From positions 2,400,001-2,464,000 of the forward strand of contig CAXXJJ010000004.1 of assembly GCA_963667015.2 (NCBI GenBank): a stretch of 64,000 nt of DNA, read 5' to 3'. How positions within the stretch are numbered: position 1 is the stretch's first letter; each line of letters opens with the position of its first letter. Origin of the DNA: Desulfatiglandales bacterium (GTDB lineage: Bacteria; Desulfobacterota; DSM-4660; Desulfatiglandales; HGW-15). The notes under the pieces are model-generated. The model had not been told where the DNA came from, ran no database searches, and was given only the letters and a program-made list of their open reading frames with translations. Of the stretch, positions 10,033 to 20,880 are shown in pieces. A program made the position numbers and the translations under genes.

Positions 10033-10755
10033 CTACTTACCGGTAGCACCAAACCGTCTCTCTCTGTTCTGAAAATCCTCGAGAGCCGCAAGGTACTCCT
10101 CTTCTCTAAAATCAGGCCATAAAGCAGAAGTAATATATATTTCAGTATAGGCAATCTGCCATAACAGAAAATTACTTATCCTGTATTCACCGCTTGTCCT
10201 GATAAGCAGGTCAGGATCAGGAATATCTGAAGTATATAAATTCTGGCTTATAATGTCATCACCTATATCTTTGACATCAAGTTCCCCGGACTGCACTTTT
10301 AGGGCAATCTCTTTTACTGCCCGGGTTATTTCCTGTCTTCCCCCATAGCTCAGGGCAAGTGTAAGGACCATATCATTATTGGATGAGGTTTTTTCAATGG
10401 TTTCAAAAAGCACCTTTTTTGCATCATCCGGCAGCTTGTCAATACTGCCTATCGCCCTCAGCCTGATTCCATTCTCGAGCATTTCAGGCAGTTCACTTTT
10501 TAAAAATCTCTTTAATATCCCCATAAGGGCAATAATTTCATGTTTGGGTCTCTTCCAGTTTTCTTCTGAAAATGCATACAGGGTCAGATATTTAATTCCA
10601 AGATTCCGGCTTGTCCTTACAATAACACGTACCGATTCGGTGCCTTCCTCATGGCCTTTTACCCTGTTCATCATTCTTTTTTTGGCCCATCGCCCGTTTC
10701 CATCCATGATGGCTGCAACATGCTTTGGTAATTTTTCCGGATCCAGATTATTCAT
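10033..10755 (-). CDS. uppS: undecaprenyl diphosphate synthase
   Basis: IMDGNGRWA, YAFSEENWKRP, DLLIRTSGEYRISNFLLWQ. Confidence 0.97.
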   Translation of the reverse strand: MNNLDPEKLPKHVAAIMDGNGRWAKKRMMNRVKGHEEGTESVRVIVRTSRNLGIKYLTLYAFSEENWKRPKHEIIALMGILKRFLKSELPEMLENGIRLRAIGSIDKLPDDAKKVLFETIEKTSSNNDMVLTLALSYGGRQEITRAVKEIALKVQSGELDVKDIGDDIISQNLYTSDIPDPDLLIRTSGEYRISNFLLWQIAYTEIYITSALWPDFREEEYLAALEDFQNRERRFGATGK

Positions 10756-10855
10756 TGTAATTTCTTTTTATTAATTATTTTTCACGGCTACTTAATTTGA
10801 TAAATATTTGACCAATGGAAACAGAGAAGAAACGTTACTGAGGATTTAAGACAAC

Positions 10856-10883
10856 TCCACCCTGAAAAAAGTTCCAGGGTGGA
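10856..10883 (-). terminator. stem-loop after frr (possible terminator or stability element)
   Basis: TCCACCCTG...CAGGGTGGA inverted repeat; no strong U-tract. Confidence 0.45.
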
Positions 10884-10909
10884 TTGTATTTCACAGATTT
10901 ATACAGGTA

Positions 10910-11467
10910 TTAAAACTCAAGAATCTCTTTTTCTTTTTCAGCTGTCACACTGTCAATTTTTGCAATAAAATCATCGGTTATCTTCTGTACCTCATCCTGA
11001 GCCTTGAACATCTCATCCTCAGACATTTCCTTTTCATTCTTCATTTCCTTAAAAATGTCATTGGCATCCCGCCTGTGATTCCTGACAGCAATTTTTCCCT
11101 CTTCAGCCATTTTTTTTGCCATCTTGGCAAGCTCTTTTCTCCTTTCCTCTGTAAGGGGTGGAATGGAGATCCTGATAATCTTGCCGTCATTCATGGGTGT
11201 AAGACCCAGTTCGGATTTCAGGATACTTTTTTCTATCTCCTTAATGACCGACTGATCCCAGGGCTTGATGGTAATCAACCTGCTCTCAGGCACAGAAACC
11301 GATGCCACCTGGTCAATAGGCATCTGGGATTCATAACAATTGACTTTAATACCATCAAGCAAAGCAGGCGTTGCCCTTCCCGTTCGAAGTCTGACAAATT
11401 CCTTTTTTAAGGCCTCAATAGAATTGTTCATCTTATCACGTAATTCGGAAAGTATTTCGTCTTTCAT
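10910..11467 (-). CDS. frr: ribosome recycling factor
   Basis: [17 protein letters not shown]. Confidence 0.97.
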   Translation of the reverse strand: MKDEILSELRDKMNNSIEALKKEFVRLRTGRATPALLDGIKVNCYESQMPIDQVASVSVPESRLITIKPWDQSVIKEIEKSILKSELGLTPMNDGKIIRISIPPLTEERRKELAKMAKKMAEEGKIAVRNHRRDANDIFKEMKNEKEMSEDEMFKAQDEVQKITDDFIAKIDSVTAEKEKEILEF

Positions 11468-11468
11468 A

Positions 11469-12194
11469 TTATACTCCTGATATTAAAGTTCCTACATCAT
11501 CTCCGGTGACGACTTTAAGAATATTTCCCTTCTTTCTGAGACTGAACACCAGTATGGGCAGGTTCTGTCCCATTGCCAGGGTAACCGCCGTCATGTCCAT
11601 TACACGCAATCCCTTTTCAATATAGTCCTGATAGGTAAGGCTTTTAAAGGGTGTCAATGAAGCATCCTTTTCAGGATCACTGGCATACACGCCATCAACC
11701 TTGGTTGCCTTTAATAGTACCTCGGCATCTATCTCCATGGCCCTCAGGGCAGCCGCTGTATCAGTACTGAAAAAGGGATTACCGGTTCCTCCGCCGAAAA
11801 GGACAATCCTCCCCTTGTTAAGATGGCTGATTGCCCTCTTTCGTATAAAGGGTTCTGCAACTTTGTTCATATCAATAGCTGACATGATACGGGTCTGAAG
11901 ACCAGTATTATTTAATGCTTCACCGAGTGCAAGGGCATTAATGACCGTTGCAAGCATACCCATATGATCGGCAGGGGCGCGTTTCATGCCATATTCAGAG
12001 GAATTAAGCCCCCTGAAGATATTACCCCCGCCTATTACCACCGCTACCTGAACACCTTCATCATGGACATCCCGAATCTCTTCCGCTACACTTTTCAGAG
12101 TTTCGGAATCAATTCCATAACTGTTTCTGCCCATGAGGGCTTCACCGCTTATCTTAAGCAGTATGCGTTTAAAGCGGGCGGATTTATTATTCAT
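11469..12194 (-). CDS. pyrH: UMP kinase
   Basis: [37 protein letters not shown] at 12194 overlaps the tsf stop region. Confidence 0.96.
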   Translation of the reverse strand: MNNKSARFKRILLKISGEALMGRNSYGIDSETLKSVAEEIRDVHDEGVQVAVVIGGGNIFRGLNSSEYGMKRAPADHMGMLATVINALALGEALNNTGLQTRIMSAIDMNKVAEPFIRKRAISHLNKGRIVLFGGGTGNPFFSTDTAAALRAMEIDAEVLLKATKVDGVYASDPEKDASLTPFKSLTYQDYIEKGLRVMDMTAVTLAMGQNLPILVFSLRKKGNILKVVTGDDVGTLISGV

Positions 12195-12789
12195 TATTCT
12201 CACCAAGCTGGAAACGGACAAAGCGATTAATTTTGATGTTTTCACCAGTCTTGGCAATCATTTCATTTACAAGGTCCTGGATAGTAATATCCGGATTCTT
12301 TACATACTGCTGTCCCAGAAGCGTTGTCTCTGCAAAAAACTTCTTTATTTTACCTTCTACGATTTTCTGGATCACATTTTCGGGCTTTCCTGATTCCTTT
12401 GCCTGAGTTTCGTAGATTTCCTTTTCCTTGCTAAGGACATCCTCGGGTATACCGTCACTGTCAACAGCGATAGGATTGCTTGCAGCAATATGCATTGCAA
12501 CATTCTTTACAAACTCGGTAAAATCATCATTCTTTCCTGTGAAATCTGTCTCACAATTGATCTCAACAAGAACGCCTATTTTACCGCCAGAATGGATATA
12601 TGACTGAATCTGACCTTCAGAGGTTGAGCGGCCGCCCCTTTTCTGGGCTGTAGCTATACCCTTTTTCCTGAGGTATTCGATTGATTTTTCAATGTCACCG
12701 TCGCATTCCTTGAGGGCCTTTTTGCAGTCCATCATGCCTACGCCGGTTTTCTCTCTCAGTTCCTTTACAATTGATGCTGTAATTTCCAA
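12187..12789 (-). CDS. tsf: elongation factor Ts (short form, TTG start)
   Basis: VKELREKTGVGMMDCKKAL, EINCETDF. Confidence 0.96.
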   Translation of the reverse strand: MEITASIVKELREKTGVGMMDCKKALKECDGDIEKSIEYLRKKGIATAQKRGGRSTSEGQIQSYIHSGGKIGVLVEINCETDFTGKNDDFTEFVKNVAMHIAASNPIAVDSDGIPEDVLSKEKEIYETQAKESGKPENVIQKIVEGKIKKFFAETTLLGQQYVKNPDITIQDLVNEMIAKTGENIKINRFVRFQLGENNE

Positions 12790-12793
12790 TTTT

Positions 12794-13651
12794 TTACTCC
12801 TCTATATCATCACCATCTTCATTGACGGTGTCCGGGTTATCTTTTTTATTTACAATGATTACTTCAGGGCCTTCGCTTTTTTCATCGGATGCCTGGGCAA
12901 CTGCAACTTCGGGTTTTTCTTCTTCAGCTTTTTTAATCTCAGCTTCTGCCCTCAACCTTTCCTCTGCAAGGTTATGCCCTGCAATACAGGCATCTGCAAT
13001 CTTGGAGCAGATAAGCCTTATGGACCTGATAGCATCATCATTTCCAGGGATTATGTAATCAATATCATCAGGATCACAATTTGTATCAGTAATTGCGATG
13101 ACAGGAATCCCCATCTTTTTAACTTCCTTGACAGCTATATGCTCCCTTTTGGGATCAACTATAAATACCGCGCCGGGCAGTTCATCCATATTCTTGATTC
13201 CGCCAAGGTTTTTCTCCAGCTTAACAAGCTCCTTTTCCATTTTAAGGGCTTCTTTTTTGGTATAGCGATTAATAGAGCCGTCTTCAATCATCCGTTCCAC
13301 ATCTTTAAGACGGTTTATACTTCTTTTTATAGTCTGGAAATTAGTCAGAGTTCCGCCGAGCCAGCGGTTTACAATATTAAACATGCCGCAGCGTTCACTT
13401 TCCTCAATAATCGCGTCATGGGCCTGTTTTTTTGTACCGACAAACAGTACCGGATAACCTTCTGCTACAGTGCGAACAATAAAATCGTGAATCCCGTTAA
13501 AAAGTTTTACTGTCTTCTGCAGATCAATGATATGAATTCCATTCCTGGAGCCAAAAATGTATGGTTTCATCTTTGGGTTCCAGCGTCTTGTCTGGTGTCC
13601 GAAATGAACTCCGGATTCTAATAATTCCTTCATGTTAAGTATTGCGGCCAT
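12794..13651 (-). CDS. rpsB: 30S ribosomal protein S2
   Basis: [32 protein letters not shown] at 13651 follows an AGGAGG RBS. Confidence 0.97.
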   Translation of the reverse strand: MAAILNMKELLESGVHFGHQTRRWNPKMKPYIFGSRNGIHIIDLQKTVKLFNGIHDFIVRTVAEGYPVLFVGTKKQAHDAIIEESERCGMFNIVNRWLGGTLTNFQTIKRSINRLKDVERMIEDGSINRYTKKEALKMEKELVKLEKNLGGIKNMDELPGAVFIVDPKREHIAVKEVKKMGIPVIAITDTNCDPDDIDYIIPGNDDAIRSIRLICSKIADACIAGHNLAEERLRAEAEIKKAEEEKPEVAVAQASDEKSEGPEVIIVNKKDNPDTVNEDGDDIEE

Positions 13652-13770
13652 TAAAACCTCCTGAACCAGGGGATCGCTTAAAGATCCCATTCCCACGGTT
13701 GAACCTCCGCTCGGGTACTGGCGTTCTCCCATATGGTGGGGCACCGGGGCGAGTCCCGAACGTGTGAATT
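13652..13770 (-). promoter_or_regulatory. structured rpsB 5' leader (probable S2 autoregulatory RNA)
   Basis: GC-rich untranslated leader starting UCACACG...CCCCGGUGCC, with a GGGAUC/GAUCCC hairpin. The position matches known S2 leaders. Confidence 0.55.
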
Positions 13771-14066
13771 TTTACACTGCAGATTGTATCTAAATAAAGA
13801 TCAATCTACTTAAAACTTTCTTATAAATAAGAACTGGGTATATTAACAATCATTGAGATTTTTTTGCAAGAAAAAAAATACGTAAACTCCGGATATTCAA
13901 ATTTCCGGGAAAACCTTCTCAAAGCGTCGTAAATACTGAAACACGCCGTTTTTGTGTGGACACTGGTTAACATAATGCTTATTTTATTTCAGCAATTTTA
14001 TGGGTGAAATAAAAAGATATTATGATATAAATACCGCAACATAGCAACAATAAGGAGCCTTTTAGA

Positions 14067-15257
14067 TTGGATAACCCTGAAAAACTGAATAGAATCAAAA
14101 AACAGCTGGATGAAGCGGAAAAGAATAACCTGTCAGAATATGCCTGTCAGAGTAAAGATGCTGTCAGGCGTATAGAGGAAGACAATATTCTCAAGGGACA
14201 CAGACAGAATTTCTCTCTGGATGCAGACAGAATTCTTCATTCAATGGCCTACTCACGATATATCGACAAGACCCAGGTATTCTACCTGGTTAAAAATGAT
14301 CATATAACCCATCGGGTTCTGCATGTTCAGCTTGTTTCAAAAATATCCCGAACCATCGGCAGATTACTGAGACTCAACGAAGACCTGATTGAGGCGATCG
14401 CCCTTGGTCACGATATCGGGCACGCACCCTTTGGGCATGACGGAGAACGATTCCTTTCTAAACTTTCACATACCTATGGAATCGGCAACTTTCTTCATAA
14501 TCTACAGAGTGTCAGGTTTCTGGAAAAAATAGAAAGGAAGGGACGGGGCTGGAATCTCACCCTTCAGGTGCTTGATGGAATATTATGTCATGATGGAGAG
14601 ATACATAATAAAAAACTCTGCCCAGAGCGTGAAAAAGATTTTGATATTATGGCAAAAGAAATTCTTGAAAAAGAGGGAAATCCTTCAATGGATATCCTTC
14701 CGATGACGCTCGAGGGTTGCGTGGTGCGTATGGCTGACACAATCAGTTATATAGGGAGAGATATTGAAGACGCAATAAGACTGGGCTTGATTACCAGGAA
14801 TGATATTCCTGAAAACTGCAGAAAAATACTTGGAGATACAAACGGCACTATTGTCTACTCGCTTGTTGAGGATCTCGTTACAAACAGCCTTGAAAAACCC
14901 TATATCTGTTTCAGCGATGAAATAAGTAATGCCCTGAGAGATCTTAAAAATTTTAATAGAGAAAAGATATATCTGAGCGAGGCGGCATGGAAACAGACCT
15001 CAAAAATAGAACTGATGTTCAAACTTTTGTTTGAAAGGTATTATGCAGATCTTAAAAACGGAAATAATAATTCTGAAATTTATGGTGAATTTTTAAAGGG
15101 AATGTCCGACGAATACAGGGAAGCAAGCTCAAAAATCGAGATAATAAGAGATTTTATGGCCGGGATGACAGACGAATATTTTCTTGATCAGTGCCGCAAA
15201 TATTTGTTTCCGGAAATAAAAACCCCTTCCCTTCAGGGTCACGGGCATATGGATTGA
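14067..15257 (+). CDS. HD-domain dGTP triphosphohydrolase family protein
   Basis: DADRILHS...KTQVF, HRVLH, GHDIGHAPFGHDGE, ADTISY, DFMAGMTD. Confidence 0.88.
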   Translation: MDNPEKLNRIKKQLDEAEKNNLSEYACQSKDAVRRIEEDNILKGHRQNFSLDADRILHSMAYSRYIDKTQVFYLVKNDHITHRVLHVQLVSKISRTIGRLLRLNEDLIEAIALGHDIGHAPFGHDGERFLSKLSHTYGIGNFLHNLQSVRFLEKIERKGRGWNLTLQVLDGILCHDGEIHNKKLCPEREKDFDIMAKEILEKEGNPSMDILPMTLEGCVVRMADTISYIGRDIEDAIRLGLITRNDIPENCRKILGDTNGTIVYSLVEDLVTNSLEKPYICFSDEISNALRDLKNFNREKIYLSEAAWKQTSKIELMFKLLFERYYADLKNGNNNSEIYGEFLKGMSDEYREASSKIEIIRDFMAGMTDEYFLDQCRKYLFPEIKTPSLQGHGHMD

Positions 15258-15263
15258 TTTTTT

Positions 15264-16007
15264 ATGAACATCAACACATCTGCCTCCATCATTATGAGAG
15301 TCAGGGATTTCGGCGAATCGGATTTACTTGTTACATTTTTCACTCCGACCGAGGGAAAGATTAAAGGGATAGCCAAAGGAGCAAGGCGAAGCAGGGCCAG
15401 GTTTGTCAACTGCCTGGATATCTTTTCCCTTGTCAATCTTGAATACAGCCTGAAAAAAAAGGACAGCCTGCATTTCATTCACTCGGGAAAACTTCTTGAC
15501 GCATTTCCAGGCCTTAGAAAAAACTACAGGACCCTTATAAAGGCCAGTTACATGATAGAATTGACTGAAATACTGTTCCCCTGGCACCTTCCCGACAGAG
15601 TCATGTTTGATATATTAAAAAACTCCTTCAAGACACTGGATAAAGGCGGCAATCCGGATATTGTCCCTGTTTTTTTTGAAATTGCAGCCATGGCCCTTGG
15701 CGGTTACGGGATCAGTCTTGATAAATGCACCATATGCGGAAGGAAATATCAGGGACAGGGAACCGCGGTATTCCGCCCTGATACCGGAGGTATTGCATGC
15801 ATGAGATGTCAGGAGATCACAAAAATGACTCCTGCCATGTGCCCTGAAACGGTCAGGACAATAAATACAATACAAACATGTCTGTCAGAAGATTTTATGT
15901 GTACAGGGGCTTCTTCCGGTTTTCTTAACGAGATAAAACCTGTCCTGAAGCTGCATAGAGAATACAGGCTGGAACATAAGCCAAAGAGTGCAAATTATTT
16001 TGAATGA
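15264..16007 (+). CDS. recO: DNA repair protein RecO
   Basis: DFGESDLLVTFFT..GKIKGIAKGARRS, Zn finger CTIC...CMRC. Confidence 0.92.
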   Translation: MNINTSASIIMRVRDFGESDLLVTFFTPTEGKIKGIAKGARRSRARFVNCLDIFSLVNLEYSLKKKDSLHFIHSGKLLDAFPGLRKNYRTLIKASYMIELTEILFPWHLPDRVMFDILKNSFKTLDKGGNPDIVPVFFEIAAMALGGYGISLDKCTICGRKYQGQGTAVFRPDTGGIACMRCQEITKMTPAMCPETVRTINTIQTCLSEDFMCTGASSGFLNEIKPVLKLHREYRLEHKPKSANYFE

Positions 16008-16022
16008 TAGAAAATAACTGGT

Positions 16023-16235
16023 TTAATCCTCTAACTGCAAAATTTTAATGATATCTGCCATTAATTCTTCATTATCAAAGGAAAATGTTACCACTCCCCT
16101 GTTTACACTGAAGGACAGCAAATTACACCCGTACTGCTCAGCTACTTCAGCCAGTAATTCCTGAAAACTCTCAGCTACGGGGTGGTTAGGATCGTTAACA
16201 TCCTTAGAAAACATATCAACTTCAATAATTCCCAT
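16023..16235 (-). CDS. small acidic hypothetical protein
   Basis: 70-aa ORF with an AAGGGA RBS and protein-like composition. Confidence 0.65.
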   Translation of the reverse strand: MGIIEVDMFSKDVNDPNHPVAESFQELLAEVAEQYGCNLLSFSVNRGVVTFSFDNEELMADIIKILQLED

Positions 16236-16537
16236 AAAAATTATCCCTTTTCATTTATTTCAGGGAAAAAGATTAGCAAATATAAGAGCCTAATACAACC
16301 ATGAGCAAACTTTGCAATAACAAATAGTTGCAGCCATCTGAGAACACACAAATAAACAAAAATTAACCTTGACAATTCAATCGGTTATGTTAATTTAGCC
16401 AGTTACTATGATCGACCCCTGCAAACCGGGATTGTCCATTTTTTACACCCCGGTGCGTATTTAAATTTTAAAAAGACAATTAAAGAACGGTATTTACAGC
16501 CGGATTAAGGCATAAGCTTGAATAAGGAGATATTATA

Positions 16538-18118
16538 ATGAAGGTTCTAGTCAGCGATACACTCTCAGAGGTTGGAGTAAAAATATTCGAAGAAACCGAA
16601 GGCATTGAAGTTGATGTTAAGACAGGCCTTACCCCTGAAGAATTAAAGGAAATTATAGGCCAGTATGACGGCCTCGCCATAAGGAGCGCTACAAAGGTTA
16701 CCGCGGAAATCATAGATGCGGCAGACAACCTCAAGGTTATCGGCCGTGCAGGAATTGGCCTCGACAATGTGGATATTCCTGCAGCAAGCCGCCGCGGCAT
16801 TGTAGTTATGAACACCCCAGAAGGAAACACCATCACCACCGCAGAACACACAATGTCAATGATCATGTCGCTTTCAAGAAATATCCCCCAGGCGACAGCA
16901 TCTTTAAAGGCCGGAAAGTGGGAGAAAAAGAAACTCCAGGGTAGAGAGCTGTTTAACAAGACTCTGGGACTGCTTGGCGCAGGACACATCGGCCAGATCG
17001 TGGCAAACAGGGCACTGGGGATGAAAATGAAGGTTATTGTGTATGATCCGTACCTTAAACCCGAAATGGTCGAAAAACTTTCTATTGAGCCGGTTTCCCT
17101 TGATGAGCTTTTTAAAAGGGCTGACTATATCACAATTCATACGCCTAAAACCGAGGAAACTACAAATCTTATTAATAAAGACACAATTGCCAGGATGAAA
17201 AAAGGCGCAATGATTATAAACTGCGCCAGGGGCGGAATTGTTAATGAAAATGATCTCTACGAAGCCCTTAAGTCAGGTTACCTGGCAGGAGCAGCCGTGG
17301 ACGTATTCGAGACCGAGCCTCCTGGAATGTGCCCTCTCATGGAACTCCCCAACTTCATCTGTACACCTCACCTGGGAGCCTCTACCCTTGAAGCACAGGT
17401 GAATGTAGCAAGAGATGTTGCAGAGCAGATCACCGATTTTCTGCTTCACGGGACAGTTAAAAATGCGGTTAACGTACCGAGCGTAAGCTCCGAGCTTATG
17501 TCAATACTAAAACCCTATGCAACACTTGTTGAAAAAATGGGAGAACTTCAGACACAACTTGCAAACAGCGGTATTGAGGAAGTGCATGTTAACTATTCAG
17601 GGAAAGTAACCGAATATGACCTTACACCACTTACATCCGCGGTATTAAAAGGGCTGCTTACACCGATCCTCAAAGATGATGTCAATTTCATAAATGCATC
17701 CTTTATCGCAGCAAACAGGGGAATCAAGGTTATTGAATCAAAAACAACTACCTCAGATGATTTCACAAGCCTGATATCTCTCAAGGTCAAGTATCCGGAA
17801 GGCGAAAGCATAGTATCCGGAACAATCTTCGGCAATACAATGCCGAGAATACTCAGGATTAACGACTTTTTCCTTGAGGCAATCCCGGAAGGCCATAACC
17901 TGCTTATCCACAATCTTGATGCCCCGGGCATGATAGGCAGAATTGCTACCCTGATGGGAGACAATGGCGTAAACATAGAGAGGATGGCAGTTGGACAGGA
18001 TAAAGGAAATAAGCGGAATGTTATTCTCCTGGCAACTGATGTCTCTATAGATGACAGCATTATGAAAAAACTGCAGGAACTGGATAACGTTTTCTCAGTA
18101 AGAAGGATCGAACTATAA
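16538..18118 (+). CDS. serA: D-3-phosphoglycerate dehydrogenase
   Basis: IRSATKVT, GRAGIGLDNVD, NCARGG, TPHLGAST, C-terminal ACT domain. Confidence 0.96.
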   Translation: MKVLVSDTLSEVGVKIFEETEGIEVDVKTGLTPEELKEIIGQYDGLAIRSATKVTAEIIDAADNLKVIGRAGIGLDNVDIPAASRRGIVVMNTPEGNTITTAEHTMSMIMSLSRNIPQATASLKAGKWEKKKLQGRELFNKTLGLLGAGHIGQIVANRALGMKMKVIVYDPYLKPEMVEKLSIEPVSLDELFKRADYITIHTPKTEETTNLINKDTIARMKKGAMIINCARGGIVNENDLYEALKSGYLAGAAVDVFETEPPGMCPLMELPNFICTPHLGASTLEAQVNVARDVAEQITDFLLHGTVKNAVNVPSVSSELMSILKPYATLVEKMGELQTQLANSGIEEVHVNYSGKVTEYDLTPLTSAVLKGLLTPILKDDVNFINASFIAANRGIKVIESKTTTSDDFTSLISLKVKYPEGESIVSGTIFGNTMPRILRINDFFLEAIPEGHNLLIHNLDAPGMIGRIATLMGDNGVNIERMAVGQDKGNKRNVILLATDVSIDDSIMKKLQELDNVFSVRRIEL

Positions 18119-18148
18119 ACAGAGGCAGTTTCAAAAGGGGGTAATCAT

Positions 18149-18556
18149 ATGGAAACAGAAGATAAGGGATTTACAGTAAAAGACAGGCGCTCCTTTGATG
18201 AAGAGGGAGGTATTAAAGAGGAAAAGGAATCGGCAGAAACCAAAGCACCTGAATCAGAGCCGGCGCAAGAAAAACAGAAAAAGGCAAATGAGCCGCCTCC
18301 TCTTCCGGAAGTGAATTTCAGTTCATTGATTTTCAGCCTGAGTTCATCTGCCCTTCTGCACATCGGAGAAATTGCCGATCCTCAGACAGGAGAAAAAAGA
18401 ATAGATCTCCCCATGGCAAAGCATTCGATCGATATAATCTCGATGCTTAAGGACAAGACAAAAGGAAACCTTGACAATGAGGAGCAGCAGTTCATCGATA
18501 GCATACTGACAGACCTGAGATTAAGATATGTAAAGGCGGTAAAAACCAAACAGTAA
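18149..18556 (+). CDS. DUF1844-family protein
   Basis: LHIGEIADP, AKHSIDIISMLKDKTKGNL...LRLRYV. Confidence 0.8.
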   Translation: METEDKGFTVKDRRSFDEEGGIKEEKESAETKAPESEPAQEKQKKANEPPPLPEVNFSSLIFSLSSSALLHIGEIADPQTGEKRIDLPMAKHSIDIISMLKDKTKGNLDNEEQQFIDSILTDLRLRYVKAVKTKQ

Positions 18557-18686
18557 TTTTTAAACCAGTTTGGTACCGAAATAGTGAAATTCTGGCTAAA
18601 AATACCAGGCTCGTTTCCTCAAAAATTTAAAATGGTTTATTACACTCCCGGAGGAGACATAATTCATACCTGAAAAACAGCTTAAG

Positions 18687-18723
18687 CGGGGCAGAGCCGA
18701 TTATTTTATCTCTGCCCCGTTTT
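18687..18723 (+). terminator. Rho-independent terminator
   Basis: GCGGGGCAGAG...CTCTGCCCCG followed by TTTTT. Confidence 0.65.
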
Positions 18724-18760
18724 AATTAAATCAATCCTGACAAAGTGGAGATTTTGTTAA

Positions 18761-19636
18761 TTGGCAAATTCAGTGATTAAGCTTAAAGCGCCTGCAAAGG
18801 TAAATGTACGCCTTGAGATTACAGGAAAAAGGCCCGATGGTTATCACGATATTTTTTCCATTTTCGTCCCTGTCGAACTTTATGATTACCTTGAGATCAG
18901 GACGAACAATACAGGCGGGATAAAATTCAGCACCGTGGGCATAAGCGTGCCTGAAGATCCGACAAACCTGGTTTACAGGGCTGCAGACTCTTTTTTCAAA
19001 AAAACCGGCCTCAGAAACAGGGGAATAGATATAAGGCTCGAAAAAAACATCCCTGTAGCAGCAGGTCTCGGCGGCGGAAGCAGTGACGCGGCATCAACCC
19101 TTCTGGCCCTTAATAAAATGAATGAATTTCCTTTAAAAAAAAATGAGTTACATGAAATTGCCCTAAAACTGGGGGCCGATGTTCCCTTTTTCCTTGATGC
19201 GGTTCCATCCATAGTAACAGGCATAGGAGAAATACTTGAACCTATCTCTAACTGGCCTGAATTATGGTATTTAATCATAACGCCGCAGATTGAAATATCA
19301 ACTGCGTGGGTCTACCGGAACTACAAAATGGAGTTGACATCAAATGAATATGACTATATAAGGAAAACCTTGAAAAATGATGATGTTATCATCTCAAGCA
19401 TACTGAAAAATGATCTTGAAAAGGTTACTTCTGCCAGCTTTCCGATTATCTCTGCGCTGAAAAGGAAAATAATGGGTGCGGGTGCTGAAGGGGCCATAAT
19501 GTCGGGCAGTGGGCCGAGTGTATTTGGTATATTTTTATCCCGTGAAAAGGCCGTTTCAGCCAGGGATTTGTTGATGTCCGATGATCTGAGACACATTAGC
19601 GTTGTGAAAGGAAAAGGAATAAAAAAAGCTGTTTAG
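18761..19636 (+). CDS. ispE: 4-diphosphocytidyl-2-C-methyl-D-erythritol kinase
   Basis: APAKVN, KRPDGYH, IPVAAGLGGGSSDAA, MSGSGPSVFG. Confidence 0.96.
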   Translation: MANSVIKLKAPAKVNVRLEITGKRPDGYHDIFSIFVPVELYDYLEIRTNNTGGIKFSTVGISVPEDPTNLVYRAADSFFKKTGLRNRGIDIRLEKNIPVAAGLGGGSSDAASTLLALNKMNEFPLKKNELHEIALKLGADVPFFLDAVPSIVTGIGEILEPISNWPELWYLIITPQIEISTAWVYRNYKMELTSNEYDYIRKTLKNDDVIISSILKNDLEKVTSASFPIISALKRKIMGAGAEGAIMSGSGPSVFGIFLSREKAVSARDLLMSDDLRHISVVKGKGIKKAV

Positions 19637-19659
19637 TGTTTAGTCGAACAGATCACTAT

Positions 19660-19734
19660 TGGGGCGTCGTCAAGCGGTAAGACACGGGTTTTTGGAGCCC
19701 GCATTCGAAGGTTCGAATCCTTCCGCCCCAGCCA
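19660..19734 (+). tRNA. tRNA-Gln (TTG)
   Basis: TGGGGCG acceptor, anticodon arm CGGGT-TTTTGGA-GCCCG, GTTCGAATCC T-loop, encoded CCA; canonical ispE-tRNA-Gln-prs position. Confidence 0.95.
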
Positions 19735-19791
19735 GACTGTAAGCAGGATCATTTTTTTATTTTTAAAATAAAGGGAGTTTTTTAGATTATC

Positions 19792-20730
19792 ATGAAATTA
19801 TTCGGTGGAACATCAAACCCGGTTTTGACTCAGCAGGTATGTGATTATCTCGGCGTTGAGCCTGGAAAAATAACAGCCAAGACATTCAGTGATGGAGAAA
19901 CACAGATTGAAATCCATGAAAACATCAGAAACAGGGATGTATTTATACTTCAATCAACCTGTACCCCGGTTAATGATAATCTTATGCAGCTCCTTATTAT
20001 CACAGATGCCCTGAAACGGGCTTCTGCAAAGCGAATTACTGCTATAATCCCCTATTACGGTTATGGTCGTCAGGACCGAAAGGTAAAGCCCAGGGTACCG
20101 ATCTCTGCAAAACTGGTAGCTGACCTTATCACAACAGCAGGAGCTGACCGCGTAGTATCACTGGATCTGCATGCTGGTCAGATACAGGGCTATTTCAATA
20201 TACCCGTTGACAACCTGTTTGCAGCGCCATTGCTGTTAAAATATATGAAAAAGCTGAAGAATCAGTATAATGACAACCTTGTTATTGTTTCACCGGATGC
20301 AGGCGGGGTCGAAAGAGCCAGGGCCTTTGCCAAAAGATTATCTGCCACACTGGCAATTATAGATAAAAGAAGAGATGCGCCAAATGTTTCCGAGGCCATG
20401 AATATCATTGGAGAGGTTGACGGCAAAACAGCAATAATCCTGGATGATATGGTTGATACAGCCGGGACACTTACACAGGGTGCCGCTGCTCTTAAAAAAA
20501 GAGGCACTAAAAAGATCTTTGCATGCGCTACCCATCCCGTTTTATCAGGCCCGGCAATAGATAGACTCAATGAATCAGCAATAGATCAGCTTGTTGTTAC
20601 AAATACAATTCCTCTTAATGGAGCATCTGAAAAATGCTCAAAAATTGTCACATTATCAGTAGCTGAGCTGATTGGAGAAGCCGTTAGAAGAATTTATTAT
20701 TCACATTCGGTAAGTACTTTATTTGTTTAA
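19792..20730 (+). CDS. prs: ribose-phosphate pyrophosphokinase
   Basis: FSDGE, PYYGYGRQDRK, DLHAGQIQGYF, VSPDAGG, DDMVDTAGT. Confidence 0.97.
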   Translation: MKLFGGTSNPVLTQQVCDYLGVEPGKITAKTFSDGETQIEIHENIRNRDVFILQSTCTPVNDNLMQLLIITDALKRASAKRITAIIPYYGYGRQDRKVKPRVPISAKLVADLITTAGADRVVSLDLHAGQIQGYFNIPVDNLFAAPLLLKYMKKLKNQYNDNLVIVSPDAGGVERARAFAKRLSATLAIIDKRRDAPNVSEAMNIIGEVDGKTAIILDDMVDTAGTLTQGAAALKKRGTKKIFACATHPVLSGPAIDRLNESAIDQLVVTNTIPLNGASEKCSKIVTLSVAELIGEAVRRIYYSHSVSTLFV

Positions 20731-20738
20731 TTTAATAT

Positions 20739-20765
20739 GCCCCTTATTAAAAAGGGCGTTTTTTT
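20739..20765 (+). terminator. Rho-independent terminator after prs
   Basis: GCCC...GGGC hairpin followed by a T-run. Confidence 0.55.
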
Positions 20766-20880
20766 ATATTTGTGAAATTTTTCGTTAATTAATTAAGATT
20801 TTGTTAATAAACCCGATTATTATCGGGAAGTAAATATTTGCAGGGCTCTATTAAAAACTGCCCTACTTTAGGAGGATAAA

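Noticed and set aside
12692..13621. 309-aa + strand ORF, and the other long antisense ORFs (e.g. 23355-24140, 53892-54503, 57314-57880)
   Set aside because: Antisense shadows of rpsB, hppA, copA and others, with no recognisable motifs or RBS.
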